Assembly (NCBI GenBank): GCA_037146775.1
Contig: JBAWWL010000005.1
Location: forward strand, 102,241-166,240
DNA: 64,000 bases
Direction of reading: 5' to 3'
From: Candidatus Omnitrophota bacterium
Lineage (GTDB): Bacteria > Omnitrophota > Gorgyraeia > Duberdicusellales > 4484-171
In this document: positions 9,279 to 19,213 of the stretch, piece by piece
How the letters are laid out: each line of letters opens with the position of its first letter
How positions within the stretch are numbered: the first letter of the stretch is position 1
Notes under the pieces: model-generated
Seen by the model: the letters and a program-made list of their open reading frames with translations, nothing else
Database searches by the model: none
What the model was told of the DNA's origin: nothing
Program-made: the position numbers and the translations under genes

Positions 9279-10150
9279 TATGTTTTTTGAGCAACGCAAG
9301 GCATCGAGCCATCGCAAGGAGCGGTGTTAAATTCTTGGAATCCTTCCCGGCAGCTTGAGAAATCAATTTTCTCTTTTTGAGCAGCTTCCTTTACTTCCCT
9401 GATTAATCGCTTCCGCATTTCTATCGGAAGATAAATATATCCGGATATTCTTTCGCCCTCTCGATAATATATTTTTTGCCAAAGATCTTTGTGTGCAGGA
9501 AATATTGTTACCATTCTTTTAAAATTATCGGGTTTTATTTTATATGTAGAAGTGATGATTTGTTTCACGCCTCTCATTTTTAATTCTCGGACCATTTTTT
9601 TTATCTCGCCGGTATTGAGCGGATAAATTAAAGGGTCAAAGCGGCAGGCGACGAAGGTAATGTGAGAAAGTAGCTCAATCGCCTTTAGTTTTTCTTCTAT
9701 TTGCGGTACAAAAGGTTCCAACTTATTTGCAAGTTTCTGGTTAAGCGTGGTAATCGTAAAGCTAACCACAATGTTTTTGTAATCTTTAAATATATCCATG
9801 TCTCTGGTAATTAAAGATGATTTAGTAACTAGCTGTACTTGCGCGGGAACATTTCTTACTGTTTTTATGAGTTCTCTGGTAAGTTTTAGTTTTTTTTCCA
9901 ACGGTTGATAGGGGTCGGAGGAATTAGCGATAGTCAGGATGGCATTTGCGGGTAATTTTTTTATTTCCTTTCTTAGCTGTACTAAAAAATTCTTTTTCGG
10001 CCTGGGTGAAAAAAAATTGATTATATAGGAAGATGCATAGCAATAGCGGCAACCATGTCCGCAGCCCACATATGCCGACACGCTGTATTTTTGAGGGCAA
10101 GTACATAGTTTTGCTTTCCAGGGGTCAAAAGGCGTAATAGCAGCCATCAA
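9275..10150 (-). CDS. Radical SAM protein (SPL-like family)
   Basis: CGHGCRYC; SSDPYQPLE; VTKS. Confidence 0.85.
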   Translation of the reverse strand: MMAAITPFDPWKAKLCTCPQKYSVSAYVGCGHGCRYCYASSYIINFFSPRPKKNFLVQLRKEIKKLPANAILTIANSSDPYQPLEKKLKLTRELIKTVRNVPAQVQLVTKSSLITRDMDIFKDYKNIVVSFTITTLNQKLANKLEPFVPQIEEKLKAIELLSHITFVACRFDPLIYPLNTGEIKKMVRELKMRGVKQIITSTYKIKPDNFKRMVTIFPAHKDLWQKIYYREGERISGYIYLPIEMRKRLIREVKEAAQKEKIDFSSCREGFQEFNTAPCDGSMPCVAQKTY

Positions 10151-10424
10151 CGTTATATTTTAGAAAAGAAGTCTTATAAGTCAAATCATTTAATCGCTCC
10201 GCAGAGATTTCCGGGCTTTTGGGATGAATGCGGAGCGATTATCCCGCGAGGTCGGAGAAGCTTATTGTTTAAAGCCACTCATTCGTTTTTCGGAGGAAAA
10301 TTATTATCGTTGCAAAAACGTATAGAAATATTACAATATAGACGCAAAAGCCGGCGGTATATATGTAGTATTTTTTCTGTAAATCATCTTGCTGCGGATG
10401 GTTTCAGATAATAAGGAATATGCA

Positions 10425-11276
10425 ATGGATCGAATTGTTACTTTTCAAGGCAATCCTTTAACTTTGGTGGGTAGAGTTTTGCGGCTCAACGCCCCTGCGC
10501 CTCAGTTTAAAACAGTTTCTACATCTTTAAAAGAGGTGAATCTTTCCGACTTTCAGGGGAAAACAAAAGTTATTACCTCTTTTCCTTCCGCGGATACTCC
10601 GGTTTGCGACTTGCAACTAAAAGAATTTAATAAAAGAGCGGTTTCATTATCTGGCGATATAGTTATTCTGGGTATTAGCAAAGATTTACCTTTTGCCCAA
10701 AAGCGGTTCTGCGAACTCAATAACATCAAAAATGTAACTACGCTTTCCGACTATAAATATTCCTCCTTCGGCTTAAATTACGGTTTACTCATTAAAGAAT
10801 TAAATCTTTTAGCCAGGGCGGTATTAGTCGTGGATAAAAATGATATATTAAGGTATATGCGCATAGTGGATGAAATAACGCAGCCGCCCAACTATGACGA
10901 TGTTTTAAAGAATCTTGAAATTGTATTGCATAATTCGGTTATCCCTCCAAAAGAGCAATTGCCCGGTCATTGCAAGCCCTGCGAGGCCGGCACCCCTGCT
11001 TTATCTAAAGAAAGAATAGAGAAGCTTCTTGTCGAACACCACGGTTGGCAATTGGTAGAAGATAGAAAATTAGTCAAAGAATTCCAGCATAAAGATTTCG
11101 CCGAAGCAAAATATTTTCTTGATATAGTCGCGCTTATCGCCGAAGAACAGGGCCATCATCCTATGATGACTATAATGTATACTAAGGTAAAAATTACGCT
11201 TACTACGCACGCATCAGGAGGGTTGACCGAAAACGATTTTATAATGGCAAAAATCATCGACGAAGTAAGGGGGTAA
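10425..11276 (+). CDS. tpx: Thiol peroxidase Tpx fused to a pterin-4a-carbinolamine dehydratase domain
   Basis: PSADTPVCD, ISKDLPFAQKRFC; C-terminal EQGHHP...TTHASGGLTENDFIMA. Confidence 0.9.
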   Translation: MDRIVTFQGNPLTLVGRVLRLNAPAPQFKTVSTSLKEVNLSDFQGKTKVITSFPSADTPVCDLQLKEFNKRAVSLSGDIVILGISKDLPFAQKRFCELNNIKNVTTLSDYKYSSFGLNYGLLIKELNLLARAVLVVDKNDILRYMRIVDEITQPPNYDDVLKNLEIVLHNSVIPPKEQLPGHCKPCEAGTPALSKERIEKLLVEHHGWQLVEDRKLVKEFQHKDFAEAKYFLDIVALIAEEQGHHPMMTIMYTKVKITLTTHASGGLTENDFIMAKIIDEVRG

Positions 11277-11277
11277 T

Positions 11278-11787
11278 ATGAGAGTTGCGGTCCTCGTGGA
11301 AGATAGCTATCAGGTTTTGGAGGTATGGTATCCGTATCTGCGTTTACGGGAAGAGACCGTTGAGACCGTATTTGTCGGAACCGGAAAAAAACATTACAAA
11401 AGTAAGGAAGGATACCCCCTGGAAGAAGAAATTTGCATTAAAGAGATAAAGGTGAGCGATTTTGACGGGGTGATCGTTCCGGGCGGTTATGCTCCGGATA
11501 TTTTACGCCGGCATAAAGAAGTAAATGATTTTGTGCGGGAGATGTTTAAGAAGAATAAATTGATAGCCGCAATCTGTCATGGCGGATGGGTGTTGATTTC
11601 TGCCGGAATATTGCAAGGTAAAAAAGTAACCTGTTTTGATGCGATTAAGGATGATATGATGAACGCCGGAGCAAAATACCGGGATGAAGAAGTGGTGACC
11701 GACGGCAATGTCATTACTTCGCGTAATCCCTATGATTTGCCCGCGTTCTGTACCCAGATAATTAAGTTTCTGGAAAAAAATAAATAG
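11278..11787 (+). CDS. PfpI/DJ-1 family protein
   Basis: PGGYAPD, AAICHG, ITSRNPYDLPAF. Confidence 0.92.
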   Translation: MRVAVLVEDSYQVLEVWYPYLRLREETVETVFVGTGKKHYKSKEGYPLEEEICIKEIKVSDFDGVIVPGGYAPDILRRHKEVNDFVREMFKKNKLIAAICHGGWVLISAGILQGKKVTCFDAIKDDMMNAGAKYRDEEVVTDGNVITSRNPYDLPAFCTQIIKFLEKNK

Positions 11788-11796
11788 ACAAATACT

Positions 11797-12027
11797 ATGG
11801 CTACGCTCTACCGCACGATTATATATTCAGGGATAATTGCTTTTATCCTTTTGTCCGCAAATATTATTTTCGGCATCATGGGACTCAACTTTATTATTCA
11901 TAAATGGTTAGGGATTTTTACTTTTATTTTTGCCTTCATACATGTGGGGCTTATTGTGTATAAAAATCTGCTCGTGCAACATAAGCGAAAGGTAACTACT
12001 CGCGCTACAAAAGGAGGAGTATTATGA
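11797..12027 (+). CDS. Small two-TM protein with H-x13-H helix (ferric-reductase-like)
   Basis: HKWLGIFTFIFAFIH; overlaps the next gene (ATGA). Confidence 0.55.
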   Translation: MATLYRTIIYSGIIAFILLSANIIFGIMGLNFIIHKWLGIFTFIFAFIHVGLIVYKNLLVQHKRKVTTRATKGGVL

Positions 12028-12356
12028 AATTTTTTATATTGTTTACGAGCTTTTTGTTGTGTGCAGCTGCGGTTTATGCACATCCGCCTAGCAGCGTAAA
12101 TATTTCCCGTAAAGGCACCACCATCGAAGTTGTAGTAACCCATACGGTTTCCAATCCATCACAACACTATATTAAGCTTATCGAAGTATTTCTAAACGGC
12201 AAAATGATTATTGAGCAGCATTTTTGTCTGCAAACTGCAAATAGCCAGCAGGCCGTGTATAACATTCCTGAGTTGAAAAACGGTGATACAGTGGAAGTCG
12301 AGGCTGATTGTAACCAGTTTGGAGAACTAAAACAGAAAATTATTATTAAAGAATAA
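12024..12356 (+). CDS. Exported superoxide-reductase-like protein
   Basis: Signal peptide, then HPP...HTVSNPSQHYIKLIEV...CNQFG. Confidence 0.55.
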   Translation: MKFFILFTSFLLCAAAVYAHPPSSVNISRKGTTIEVVVTHTVSNPSQHYIKLIEVFLNGKMIIEQHFCLQTANSQQAVYNIPELKNGDTVEVEADCNQFGELKQKIIIKE

Positions 12357-12449
12357 CATCGCCACAATTTTTACCTGTCGCGCGAAATTATGATGCAGTC
12401 TTTTCTTTAGGAGAAGAGGTATTTGAAGCTGCTTGGCAAGGAGGTACAT

Positions 12450-12611
12450 ATGAAAAAATACAGATGTATTGTATGTGGTTATGTGTATGATCCAGAATTG
12501 GGAGATCCGGATGGCGGCATAGAACCGGGGATAGCCTTTGAAAAACTGCCTGATTCCTGGTTGTGTCCTGTGTGCGGCGCGGATAAAACACAGTTCGAAG
12601 CTGTACAGTGA
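12450..12611 (+). CDS. Rubredoxin
   Basis: [10 protein letters not shown]...WLCPVCG; RBS GGAGG. Confidence 0.95.
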   Translation: MKKYRCIVCGYVYDPELGDPDGGIEPGIAFEKLPDSWLCPVCGADKTQFEAVQ

Positions 12612-12628
12612 AATTAGGGAGGTGCGAT

Positions 12629-12724
12629 ATGGGCACAAAAGGTATTGAACCAGTCGGTGTAGATTTGAGAAAATTAATTACTTTGCTCAATAAAGCGTAC
12701 TCGGACGAACGGCTTGCGCATTAA
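12629..12724 (+). pseudogene. Truncated DPS-like/ferritin-family gene remnant (31 aa)
   Basis: RBS GGAGG; MGTKGIEPVGVDLRKLITLLNKAYSDERLAH* resembles DPS-like N-termini (LNKA.ADEWLA). Confidence 0.65.
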
Positions 12725-12733
12725 AATCGCCAT

Positions 12734-13906
12734 ATGATGATAAAAAAAGACATTTACTGGACGGGTTACATTGACTGGGCTTTAAGAAATTTCCACGGTT
12801 ATTCAACGCCCTCGGGCTCTACTTATAACGCCTATCTTCTTCTCGATGAAAAACCCACGCTGATAGATACGGTGAAGCGCTATGGTTATGAGGAAATGTT
12901 ATATAATATCCGAGAAGTAATCGACCCCTCTAAAATACGCTATATTATTTCTAACCATACCGAAATGGATCATTCGGGCTCAATTGGCAAAATGCTTGAG
13001 CATTGTCCCGGTGCTGAAGTGGTGTGCTCGGCCAAGGGAGAGGAGGGTTTAAAAAAACATTTTGGGTCGGATTGGAAATTCAAAGTGGTTACTACCGGCG
13101 ACAGTATATCTATCGGTAAACGTACGCTTAAATTTTTCCCCGTACCCATGGTGCACTGGCCGGATTCCATGGTTACCTATTGTCCCCAAGAAAAGATATT
13201 ATTTTCTAATGATGCATTCGGACAACACCATGCCAGCTCAGAGCGTTTCGCCGATGAGGTTGGTATCGAAACTGTCTGCAAAGAAGCAGAGAAATATTAT
13301 GCCAATATTGTGTTACCATATGGAAGCCAGGTCGTAAAAGCGTTAGAGGCGCTTCAGTCTTTACCTATCGAAACGATCTGTCCTTCGCACGGTCTCGTCT
13401 GGCGCAGGGCGGAAGATATTAAGCGTATCATTGCACTTTATACGCAGTGGGCGCAATATCAGTCCGAGCCGCGCGTCGCTATTGTCTATGATACTATGTG
13501 GCATTCGAGCGAAAAAATGGCTTTGCGCTTATGCCAGTTACTCGAAAAAGACGGCCTTGCGGTAAAATTAATGAGTTTACAAGCCGTGCATATTTCGGAT
13601 GCGATGACCGAAGTGATGCGTTCCAGGGTAATTTGTATCGGTAGCGCAATCTTAAACAATAAAATACTCCCCAGCATGGGAGCGTTCCTTACGTATATGA
13701 AAGGATTAAAGCCAAAAAACCGTTCCGGTTTTACTTTTGGTTCGTACGGTTGGTCGCAAATCGGTTTCAAAGAACTGGAGGATGCGTTGCATGAGTCCGG
13801 GATAACGAAGTTATGTGACAGTGTCTATAGTAACTGGGTGCCTGACGAGGGAGAACTTAAACGGCTGGAAGAGGTAGTGATAAAAATAAAACAGGCAATA
13901 CTTTAA
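12734..13906 (+). CDS. fprA: Flavodiiron protein
   Basis: NHTEMDHSG, HWPD, NDAFGQH; C-terminal flavodoxin FGSYGWS. Confidence 0.95.
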   Translation: MMIKKDIYWTGYIDWALRNFHGYSTPSGSTYNAYLLLDEKPTLIDTVKRYGYEEMLYNIREVIDPSKIRYIISNHTEMDHSGSIGKMLEHCPGAEVVCSAKGEEGLKKHFGSDWKFKVVTTGDSISIGKRTLKFFPVPMVHWPDSMVTYCPQEKILFSNDAFGQHHASSERFADEVGIETVCKEAEKYYANIVLPYGSQVVKALEALQSLPIETICPSHGLVWRRAEDIKRIIALYTQWAQYQSEPRVAIVYDTMWHSSEKMALRLCQLLEKDGLAVKLMSLQAVHISDAMTEVMRSRVICIGSAILNNKILPSMGAFLTYMKGLKPKNRSGFTFGSYGWSQIGFKELEDALHESGITKLCDSVYSNWVPDEGELKRLEEVVIKIKQAIL

Positions 13907-13919
13907 AAAGGAGTGAACT

Positions 13920-14402
13920 ATGACAAATGTGTTTAGCCCGCAAGAAATATTACGGATAGCGATTAAAGTCGAAGAAAACGGCAAGCAGCTTTATGAAATG
14001 TTGGCCAAGAATGCGAAAGAGAAAAAAATAAAAGATATATGGAACTATTTGGCGACGCAGGAAGGGCTGCATAAGAAAACTTTTGAAGAAATGCTGGAAA
14101 AAGCAGGGGATTATGTCGTCTATGAATATAGCCCGGGCGAATACGACGCGTATCTCAAAGCTATTTCTGCGCAATATGTTTTTGCTCCGGAACACATCGC
14201 AAAGAAAATTTACGATGGATTTGCGTCGGACATAGATGCGCTTGACTTTGGTATTTCCATCGAAAAGGATTCGATCCTTATCTACTCGGCGTTACGAAAG
14301 TATATAAAAGCGGATAAGCAATCCGCGATAGACAAGGTTCTTTTCGAAGAAAAAGACCATTTGGTGAAGCTTATTTTACTCAAAGATTCGTTAAAGAAGT
14401 GA
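13920..14402 (+). CDS. Rubrerythrin-like ferritin-fold protein
   Basis: AIKVEENG, QEGLH, IEKDS, EEKDH diiron pattern. Confidence 0.85.
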   Translation: MTNVFSPQEILRIAIKVEENGKQLYEMLAKNAKEKKIKDIWNYLATQEGLHKKTFEEMLEKAGDYVVYEYSPGEYDAYLKAISAQYVFAPEHIAKKIYDGFASDIDALDFGISIEKDSILIYSALRKYIKADKQSAIDKVLFEEKDHLVKLILLKDSLKK

Positions 14403-14409
14403 GGTTGTA

Positions 14410-14640
14410 ATGGAAATAAAAATTTATACCACGGCTACATGCCCTTATTGCCGCATGGCAAAACAGTACATCTCTTCTCAGGGGTTTTTTTATCAGGAAA
14501 TTGATGTGTCGAGTAACCAGGCTGCTTCGGAGGAGATGGTGAAGCTTTCCGGTCAAATGGGCGTTCCTACCATTTTCATTAATGGCCAGGTAGTAGTCGG
14601 CTTTGATAAAAACCGTATTGATTCTTTGTTGGGATCGTAA
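14410..14640 (+). CDS. Glutaredoxin-like protein
   Basis: CPYC, GQMGVP, VVGFD. Confidence 0.92.
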   Translation: MEIKIYTTATCPYCRMAKQYISSQGFFYQEIDVSSNQAASEEMVKLSGQMGVPTIFINGQVVVGFDKNRIDSLLGS

Positions 14641-14679
14641 TTGAAACTTCTAACCCGCGTTGTATAATTTAATAAACCA

Positions 14680-14898
14680 ATGCCCCTTTATGCATACTAC
14701 TGCAAGAAATGTTCCGAAAAGTTTGATCTGCTTTTGGGCATGAGCCAGGAGAAAACAGAATTGAAATGCCCGGCTTGTAAAAGCAAAAAGATAGAAAAAG
14801 TATTCGCTCCGTTTCGGGTAGGCGGCTCAAGCAGCGAAAAGAATTCTTCCTCGAAGTGTGGTTCCTGTTCCGGAGGGTCCTGTTCAGGCTGCCACTAA
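14680..14898 (+). CDS. FmdB-family zinc-ribbon protein
   Basis: MPLYAYYCKKC...CPACKS; Cys-rich tail. Confidence 0.9.
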   Translation: MPLYAYYCKKCSEKFDLLLGMSQEKTELKCPACKSKKIEKVFAPFRVGGSSSEKNSSSKCGSCSGGSCSGCH

Positions 14899-14937
14899 AT
14901 TAGGCTAAAGACCACAAAGGAAAATAATATTAATATA

Positions 14938-15033
14938 CTAAACCCTACCCCAAAAATCCTAAACTCTAAACAAACTCAAAACCAAAATTATCCAAACTCG
15001 AACCATTAGAGTTCAGTGTTTTTAGTGTCGAGA
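14938..15033. repeat. Heptamer-periodic inverted repeat element, family C copy 1
   Basis: AAATCCTAAACTCTAAACAAACTCAAAA arm; degenerate reverse arm. Confidence 0.65.
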
Positions 15034-15035
15034 TT

Positions 15036-15947
15036 ATGAAAACATACGACTTAATAATTCTTGGTGCCGGCCCGGCTGGCATAACTGCTGCAGTCTATGC
15101 AGCCAGAAAAAAACTCGATTTTTTAGTTATTACCCAAGACGTCGGTGGACAAACCGTTTGGAGCGGTGATATAGAAAATTATACCGGTTATCAATTCATC
15201 AGCGGCCCGGATCTTGCTTTAAAATTTCAAGAACACATGAATGCTTTTTCCATGTCGGTACATATGCCGGAAGAAGTTCAGTATCTCGCGAAAGCCGGCC
15301 GATTAGTAGAGGTGCGGACCGATAAAGGAAGCTATCTTTCTAAGGCGGCAATTATTGCGACCGGAAAACATCCACGTTCTCTCAGTGTTCCCGGAGAAAA
15401 AGAATTTAGAAATCGCGGCGTGACGTATTGCGCTACCTGTGACGGCCCTTTGTTCAAAGACAAAACCGTAGCCGTGGTTGGAGGAGGCAACTCCGCACTT
15501 GATGCGGCGCTGCAGATGATAAAGATCTCGCCAAAAGTTCATGTCATTAATACCGCTGCCCGTCTGACTGCGGACCCTGTTATGACAGAGAAGCTGCAAA
15601 GGGCAACGAATGCCGAAATATGGAATAATGCCAAAGTAACAAAGATCAGCGGTGATACCTTCGTAGGGAGTTGTGAAGTAGAAAAAGATGGTGTATCATT
15701 TTCTCTGGCGGTGTCGGGGATTTTGATAGAAATTGGCTTAATTCCTAATTCTGATTTTACTAAGGCAGTGAAACGCAACGATGTGGGGGAAATTATTGTC
15801 GATAACCATAATAGCACCGACATCGAAGGTATTTTTTCCGCGGGAGACGTAACAGACGTTTTTGAGAAACAAATTATCGTTGCCTGTGGTGAAGGCGCAA
15901 AAGCCTGCCTTGCGGCATTTCATTATCTATCAACTCATGATTTTTAA
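15036..15947 (+). CDS. trxB: Thioredoxin reductase family
   Basis: GAGPAG, CATCDG, GGGNSA, SAGDVT. Confidence 0.9.
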   Translation: MKTYDLIILGAGPAGITAAVYAARKKLDFLVITQDVGGQTVWSGDIENYTGYQFISGPDLALKFQEHMNAFSMSVHMPEEVQYLAKAGRLVEVRTDKGSYLSKAAIIATGKHPRSLSVPGEKEFRNRGVTYCATCDGPLFKDKTVAVVGGGNSALDAALQMIKISPKVHVINTAARLTADPVMTEKLQRATNAEIWNNAKVTKISGDTFVGSCEVEKDGVSFSLAVSGILIEIGLIPNSDFTKAVKRNDVGEIIVDNHNSTDIEGIFSAGDVTDVFEKQIIVACGEGAKACLAAFHYLSTHDF

Positions 15948-15985
15948 ATGTTTCTTGCTTCCAAGTATCGAGAGGATTTTTTAAC

Positions 15986-16465
15986 ATGATCATATTATCT
16001 CCTACGCTAATTAATTTTTTCGAAAAACAAACATTCGTAATTGTTTCTACTATTGATAGTTCAGGGAGCATTAATTGTGCGGCAAAAGGAATTGTTATGG
16101 CCCAGAAGCAAGGCAAGATCTACCTGATAGACCTTTACAAAACGAACACCTTTCACAATTTACAGGAAAATCACACCATTAGCGTTACTGCCGTAGATGA
16201 ACATCTGTTTATGGGGTACACATTAAAGGGCCGGGCACGTATGGTGGCACGTGATAAAATAGGCGCACCGCTGATAAAAAAATGGGAAGCAAGAGTTGTC
16301 CATCGCATTTCCAAGCGGCTCATTAAAAACGTCAAAGATAATAGAGATTCTCGGCACCATCCTGAAGTAAAGTTTCCTTATCCTCAGTATCTTATTGAAA
16401 TGTCAGTTGAAGAGGTGGTAGATTTGACACCCGCCCACCTTAAACAAGATTTTTCTCGTTCATGA
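15986..16465 (+). CDS. Pyridoxamine 5'-phosphate oxidase-like FMN-binding protein
   Basis: VSTIDSSG.INCAAKG...TFHNLQEN split-barrel pattern. Confidence 0.75.
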   Translation: MIILSPTLINFFEKQTFVIVSTIDSSGSINCAAKGIVMAQKQGKIYLIDLYKTNTFHNLQENHTISVTAVDEHLFMGYTLKGRARMVARDKIGAPLIKKWEARVVHRISKRLIKNVKDNRDSRHHPEVKFPYPQYLIEMSVEEVVDLTPAHLKQDFSRS

Positions 16466-16544
16466 AATTTCTATAACTTTCGGTAATTTTTTTAAATTTC
16501 TTCTTGATTTTTGTTCGAATACATTATATTTTATAGAGGTAATC

Positions 16545-18314
16545 ATGATGACGCCAATAGAAAAATGGGTAGAAGAAGTTGCCGGATTGACTGAACCAAA
16601 AGAAATTTACTGGTGCGACGGTTCGGAAAAGGAAGCGCAACGTCTTATTGAAAAAGGGATACGAGAAGAACGTATCAACGGTAAGCCTGTATTCCATGAG
16701 TTGAACCAAAAAAGCTGGCCGAACGCATACCTGCATCGCAGCCACCCCAATGATGTCGCACGTACGGAAAATTTGACTTTTGTCTGCCATCCAGATAAAG
16801 AAACCAATGGTCCGAATAATAATTGGATGGCGCCCCAGGACGCTAAACAAAGACTTACGCAATTGACCAAAGGGTGCATGAGGGGAAGAACTATGTATGT
16901 GCTTCCTTTTGTGATGGGACATCCGGACTCGCCAATTGCTAAATTTTGCGTACAGGTAACCGACAATTCATATGTTGCAATCAACATGCGGATCATGACG
17001 CGCATGGGTAAGGATGTCCTGGATCGGATCGGTAACAGCGATAATTTTATTAAAGGGTTACATTCCGTAGGAGATCTTGATCCTGAACGCCGCCTGATCG
17101 TACATTTTCCCGAGGAACGCTTAGTTTGGAGTGTCGGTTCAGGCTACGGCGGTAACGCGCTATTGGGTAAAAAATGCATATCATTGCGCCTTGCTTCCTG
17201 GATTGGATATCAGGAAGGTTGGCTTGCCGAACACATGATTGTTGTCGGCGTCGAAGACCCTCAAGGAAATATTGATTATTTAGTTGCGGCATTACCGAGT
17301 GCCTGCGGCAAAACAAATTTAGCCATGTTACGTTCGGCGCTGCCCGGCTATAAAATATGGACTCTCGGAGACGATATCGCCTGGCTACGTATTGGCGAAG
17401 ACGGCCGGTTGTGGGCCACAAATCCTGAGATGGGATTTTTCGGCGTTGCTCCGGGCACCTCTTTAAAGACTAACCCGTTAATGATTGAAACATTAAAGCA
17501 AGGCACATTTTATCCTACGCTTTTTACGAATACTGCTTTGGATATCGACACCAATGAGCCGTGGTGGGAAGATTTGAGTGCACAGCCGCAGCATATGCTG
17601 GATTGGCAAGGAAATACATTTTTGCCGCAGTCAGGCGCAAAGGCCGCACATGCGAATTCGCGCTTTACCGTATCTACGCTGCAATGCCCGACCCTGTCGA
17701 AAGAATTTAATAATCCAAAGGGTGTGCCGATTTCCGGAATTATCTTAGGTGGCAGGCGCTCTGGCCTTATCCCGCTGGTGTATGAGAGTTTTGATTGGCA
17801 GCATGGGGTATTTTCTGGAGCAATGATGGGCTCTGAAACTACTGCTGCGGCGCAGCATGCGGTAGGAGTTTTACGCCGCGACCCCATGGCCATGCTTCCT
17901 TTTTGTGGTTATAATATGGGGACTTACTTTGGTCACTGGCTCGCTATCGGTAAGAAGCTGAAACATCCGCCCAAAATATTTTTTGTTAACTGGTTCAGAA
18001 AAGATGACAACGGCCGATTTCTTTGGCCCGGTTTTGGAGAAAATATCAGAGTGCTTCAGTGGATAATCGCTCGTACGAAGAATAAAGCCCAGGCAAAGGA
18101 AACGCATATAGGGCTTGTTCCCGATATGGGAAGTTTTGATCTTTCCTCGCTCTCTATTCCCAAAGCACATATAGAAAAGCTCTTTTCGATTGATGAGAAA
18201 AAGTGGGATGCCGAATTAAAAGAGGCTGAAGAGTTTTTCAAGAAATTTGGTACATGTATACCCGAAGCTTTGCACCAGGAATTTGATATTTTGGAAAAAA
18301 AGTTAAAAACGTAA
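16545..18314 (+). CDS. pckG: GTP-dependent PEP carboxykinase
   Basis: GSGYGGNALLGKKC, PSACGKTNLAM, GDDIAW, RRDPMAMLPFCGY. Confidence 0.97.
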   Translation: MMTPIEKWVEEVAGLTEPKEIYWCDGSEKEAQRLIEKGIREERINGKPVFHELNQKSWPNAYLHRSHPNDVARTENLTFVCHPDKETNGPNNNWMAPQDAKQRLTQLTKGCMRGRTMYVLPFVMGHPDSPIAKFCVQVTDNSYVAINMRIMTRMGKDVLDRIGNSDNFIKGLHSVGDLDPERRLIVHFPEERLVWSVGSGYGGNALLGKKCISLRLASWIGYQEGWLAEHMIVVGVEDPQGNIDYLVAALPSACGKTNLAMLRSALPGYKIWTLGDDIAWLRIGEDGRLWATNPEMGFFGVAPGTSLKTNPLMIETLKQGTFYPTLFTNTALDIDTNEPWWEDLSAQPQHMLDWQGNTFLPQSGAKAAHANSRFTVSTLQCPTLSKEFNNPKGVPISGIILGGRRSGLIPLVYESFDWQHGVFSGAMMGSETTAAAQHAVGVLRRDPMAMLPFCGYNMGTYFGHWLAIGKKLKHPPKIFFVNWFRKDDNGRFLWPGFGENIRVLQWIIARTKNKAQAKETHIGLVPDMGSFDLSSLSIPKAHIEKLFSIDEKKWDAELKEAEEFFKKFGTCIPEALHQEFDILEKKLKT

Positions 18315-18315
18315 C

Positions 18316-19203
18316 ATGAGTCAGATCATTCTTTCCACACAATTTTCCGACCTTAAATTATTTCGCCGCGGCAAAGTTCGTGACGTGTATGAAGCAGAGG
18401 ACAGCCTCCTTATTGTCTCTACCGACCGTATTTCCGCTTTTGACGTGGTGCTTCCTAATGGAATTCCCGAAAAAGGAAAAGTGTTGAATCAACTTTCGCT
18501 TTTCTGGTTCTATTTCACTCAAGGGATCATTCCCAACCATGTTATTACTTCAGATGTCAGCCAATATCCGGCTTCGCTTCAAAAGTATGCAGATGCATTA
18601 GACGGCCGCTCGATGCTGGTGAAAAAAACCAAACCGATCGCGTTTGAGTGTGTAGTTCGAGGGTATTTGGCAGGTTCAGCGTATAAGGAATATCAGGAAA
18701 AAGGAAGCGTGTGCGGCATGCAGTTACCTTCGGGTTTACGAGATGGAGATAAACTTCCTCAAACCATGTTTACGCCGGCAACAAAAGAAGAGCACGGCCA
18801 CGACATCAATGTTGATGAGGCATTTATGGAAAAAAAACTTGGTGTGGAATTGAGTCGCACCGTGAGGGAGGCAAGTATCCGTATCTATGAAAAAGCAGCA
18901 GCCTATGCTCTTAAGAGAGGTATTATTATTGCTGATACTAAGTTTGAATTCGGCTCTGACAAGAACCAAATTATCTTAATCGATGAAGTATTGACGCCTG
19001 ATTCTTCCCGTTTCTGGCCGAAAGAAACGTATCAGCCTGGCCGTTCCCAGGCCAGTTACGATAAGCAGTTTGTCCGCGATTATCTGGAAAGTATAAGTTG
19101 GGATAAAAATCCTCCTGCACCAACTCTGCCCGAAGAAGTTGTCATAAAAACCGCAGACAAGTATAAAGAAGCTTTACGGTCTTTGGCTGATATCAGTCTG
19201 TAA
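18316..19203 (+). CDS. purC: SAICAR synthase
   Basis: GKVRDVY, DRISAFD, ADTKFEFG, DEVLTPDSSRFW. Confidence 0.97.
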   Translation: MSQIILSTQFSDLKLFRRGKVRDVYEAEDSLLIVSTDRISAFDVVLPNGIPEKGKVLNQLSLFWFYFTQGIIPNHVITSDVSQYPASLQKYADALDGRSMLVKKTKPIAFECVVRGYLAGSAYKEYQEKGSVCGMQLPSGLRDGDKLPQTMFTPATKEEHGHDINVDEAFMEKKLGVELSRTVREASIRIYEKAAAYALKRGIIIADTKFEFGSDKNQIILIDEVLTPDSSRFWPKETYQPGRSQASYDKQFVRDYLESISWDKNPPAPTLPEEVVIKTADKYKEALRSLADISL

Positions 19204-19213
19204 ACAATTTGTT

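Noticed and set aside
10191-10240. Hairpin AATCGCTCCGCA/TGCGGAGCGATT as a riboswitch
   Set aside because: Single stem with no aptamer consensus; likely another palindromic element
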